Source: a virus
Virus record (IMG/VR): IMGVR_UViG_3300045988_180880
Span: 160,001 to 224,000 of that record
Reading direction: 5' to 3' (one strand)
Length of the DNA stretch: 64,000 bases
Below the pieces are notes generated by a model. The model was not told the origin of the DNA and made no database searches. It saw only the letters and a list, made by a program, of their open reading frames with translations. Position numbers and translations under genes: made by a program. Below, piece by piece: positions 61,829-64,000 of this stretch. How positions within the stretch are numbered: the first letter of the stretch is position 1; each line of letters begins with the position of its first letter.

Positions 61829-64000
61829 ATGGATCAAATAATTAATTTTAAAATAAATACAGAACTATTTACAAGTAGATCTGAAGCGATCCTAGCCTTA
61901 GAAAACATTATATTTACTCAAGGAGAGCCAGTTATTGCAATTTATGGAACTACTTCTCAAAATGCTAAAATTATTCTAGCCGTCGGAAAAAGAAATGGAG
62001 CTGGAAAAAATGCATTTGAAATAATTTCCACTAAAGAAGATATGTCTGAAACTTTGAATATTATTAATTCTTTGAATAATGAGTTCACAGAACATATCAA
62101 AGCAGAAGCAGGTGATAAGCTTGGACATGTAATAACAGGAGGAGATATTGTTTTCTCTGGAGGTATAGGAACTGTAGTTTCGGCTGGAAAGGTAAAAAAT
62201 AAACTCACTTTTACTGGTGGAACTTTTGAAGGAACAGATAAAACTACATTTGATGGTTCTGAGGCTGTAACGATAAAAATTCCTAGCCCCTCATTTACTG
62301 TTCCTAAACCATTAGGACATGCAATAGCTGGAGAATCTAAGGAGTGGGCTAGAGCTGACCATGTGCATGAAGCTCCTAAATCAGTCTCTGGAAATGCTGG
62401 TAGTGCTGATAAATTAAGTTCTAAAAGAAATATAACTTTAACCGGAGCTGTTACTGGAGGTGTAGTAACTGATTTTTCAGGAGATATTACAATTAATACT
62501 TCCAAAAACCATACACATGATATTTCAGAGGTTACTGGTCTACGAGGTGAGTTGAACACCTTAGAAGCAACTAAAGCTCCCATTGAAAGTCCTATCTTCA
62601 CAGGAACTCCAGAGGCTCCAACAGCTCCACAAGGAACTAATACTAATCAGTTAGCTACTACTGCATTTGTTATCAAGGAAATTGGAGAAAAAATAGAAGC
62701 TGCTGTAGCCTTGAAATTTAAAGGAACTCTCGGAACAACTGGAACTGTTAAGAGTCTTCCTGCTCAACATACAACAGGTGACGTCTATGTTGCCACTACT
62801 GGAGCTCCGAATGTATCAGGACTTAGACTTGAACCTGGTGATATAATAATTTGTATCAAAGATGGTTCAACTGCTAATGATTCTGATTGGACAGTTGTAC
62901 AAACTAATATAGATGGAGCTGTAACAGGACCTGGAAATGCAGTTTCTGGGAATTTAGTGCTTTTTAATGGAACTACAGGAAAAGTTATATCAGATTCTGG
63001 TCTTTCATTAGCAGACCTAGCAAAAGTAACAACTACTATTTCTGCAGGCCCTGGTTTAACTGGAGGTGGATCTATTGGAGGAAATCAAGTAATATCACAT
63101 GCTTCTCAACCAACTACAGGAACTAATGCAGGGGGTAATTCTGGAGCTTTTGTCACCAACATTAAGATCGATTCCTTTGGACATGTTGTAGAAGCCTTAA
63201 AAGGAGACTTAACTGGATCATATCTAGCACCCTCCGGAGAATATATTTCAGGAATTACACTCTCAGGGAATACACTATCAGGAAATTCTAAACCATTCCC
63301 TAATATTGAAATTGAAAATGGAGAAGTAGGTGGATCGGAAGAATTTGTTACTGGAATCTCTGTAAATACTGTTTTAAATAATCATAGAATTCAAGTTAAT
63401 AAAGGAACAATCCCTGGAATAATAGTAACTGGAGATGGTGGTGAAGGAAATCCTAGAAAATATGTTTCAGGAATAGAATCAGATGGACATCATGGAATAT
63501 CTTTTACTACTTCTGAAGAATCTGGAATGGTTAAAGTTTCAAAAGATGGTTCAGCTGATTACTTAGGAAATAAAGTTCTCTCTGGAATTAGTTCTGGAAA
63601 TACTTATGCAACTACCGTAACTCAAGATACTGATGCTCTAAGATTAACTACTACAATTTCAGAGATAGATGGTGGAGATGATCAAGGAAGCCAAGGAAAA
63701 CGTCAAGTAATTAGAGTAAAAAGATATACTACAGGTGGAATTCTTCCTAGTGGGTTAGCTTCAGGGGAAATAGCTATAAACTTGGTTGATAATTATCTTT
63801 ATGTTGGAAATGAAAAAGGTGGAGTTCAAAGAGTCTATCCGAATGCTACACCACAAGTAGATGGTCTTTTATCAGCCGAAGATAAATCACGCCTCGAAAA
63901 AGCTATATCTGATATCGCTGATCATGCTTCAAGTCTGGGAACGATAAATACTGAGCTTGATGTTCTTGAGGAAGATTTGAAAGACACGAAGGAAAAATTA
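61829..64000 (+). CDS. third tail fibre protein (partial, runs off the window end), absent from the ORF track
   Basis: Hand translation from ATG 61829 stays open for 724 codons to position 64000: MDQIINFKINTELF....SPIFTGTPEAPTAPQGTNTNQLATTAFV....VDGLLSAEDKSRLEK. These are typical tail-fibre motifs. Confidence 0.8.
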   Translation, partial: MDQIINFKINTELFTSRSEAILALENIIFTQGEPVIAIYGTTSQNAKIILAVGKRNGAGKNAFEIISTKEDMSETLNIINSLNNEFTEHIKAEAGDKLGHVITGGDIVFSGGIGTVVSAGKVKNKLTFTGGTFEGTDKTTFDGSEAVTIKIPSPSFTVPKPLGHAIAGESKEWARADHVHEAPKSVSGNAGSADKLSSKRNITLTGAVTGGVVTDFSGDITINTSKNHTHDISEVTGLRGELNTLEATKAPIESPIFTGTPEAPTAPQGTNTNQLATTAFVIKEIGEKIEAAVALKFKGTLGTTGTVKSLPAQHTTGDVYVATTGAPNVSGLRLEPGDIIICIKDGSTANDSDWTVVQTNIDGAVTGPGNAVSGNLVLFNGTTGKVISDSGLSLADLAKVTTTISAGPGLTGGGSIGGNQVISHASQPTTGTNAGGNSGAFVTNIKIDSFGHVVEALKGDLTGSYLAPSGEYISGITLSGNTLSGNSKPFPNIEIENGEVGGSEEFVTGISVNTVLNNHRIQVNKGTIPGIIVTGDGGEGNPRKYVSGIESDGHHGISFTTSEESGMVKVSKDGSADYLGNKVLSGISSGNTYATTVTQDTDALRLTTTISEIDGGDDQGSQGKRQVIRVKRYTTGGILPSGLASGEIAINLVDNYLYVGNEKGGVQRVYPNATPQVDGLLSAEDKSRLEKAISDIADHASSLGTINTELDVLEEDLKDTKEKL

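Noticed and set aside
61957-62601. 214-aa minus-strand ORF listed in the track
   Set aside because: It is antisense to an open plus frame (61829 to the window end) that carries clear tail-fibre motifs. The minus translation has no recognisable features.
1-64000. Stop-codon reassignment (TAG or TGA recoding), as in some Bacteroidota-associated phages
   Set aside because: Long ORFs, including the 2883-codon fibre and all motif-supported enzymes, are intact under the standard code. The four broken genes are frame shifts at homopolymers, not in-frame stops.

Overview
This window looks like a 64-kb piece of a large, AT-rich, tailed dsDNA phage genome. I see no integrase, rRNA or cellular housekeeping context. 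Positions 1-28 kb are mostly minus-strand arrays of small, tightly coupled early/middle-type genes. The few recognisable enzymes there are a ClpA/ClpC-type unfoldase split by a 222-nt intervening sequence that I can fold by hand as a complete group I intron, a ClpP, a CCA-adding enzyme, a Trm1-like methyltransferase, an IMPDH/GMP-reductase-like barrel, and HAD-like and calcineurin-like phosphoesterases. Positions 28-37.5 kb hold short divergent units separated by unusually long non-coding stretches, which contain a tRNA-like element and other candidate structured RNAs. Positions 37.5-64 kb form a plus-strand late module: a MoxR-like ATPase with its VWA/metallopeptidase partner, a zincin-motif protein, a DUF488-like protein, RNase H and a tail-fibre region. 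The fibre region has two adaptor-plus-fibre cassettes, one of them with a 2883-aa fibre. A third fibre gene runs off the window end and is missing from the ORF track. The start codons I inspected lack Shine-Dalgarno sequences, which suggests a Bacteroidota-type host (inference). Two promoter-like motif families and many hairpin terminators punctuate the map. Four genes have reading frames broken at short A/T runs, which may be assembly errors. Most small ORFs have no family I can recognise by eye. All functional calls rest on motifs read from the translations, not on database searches.
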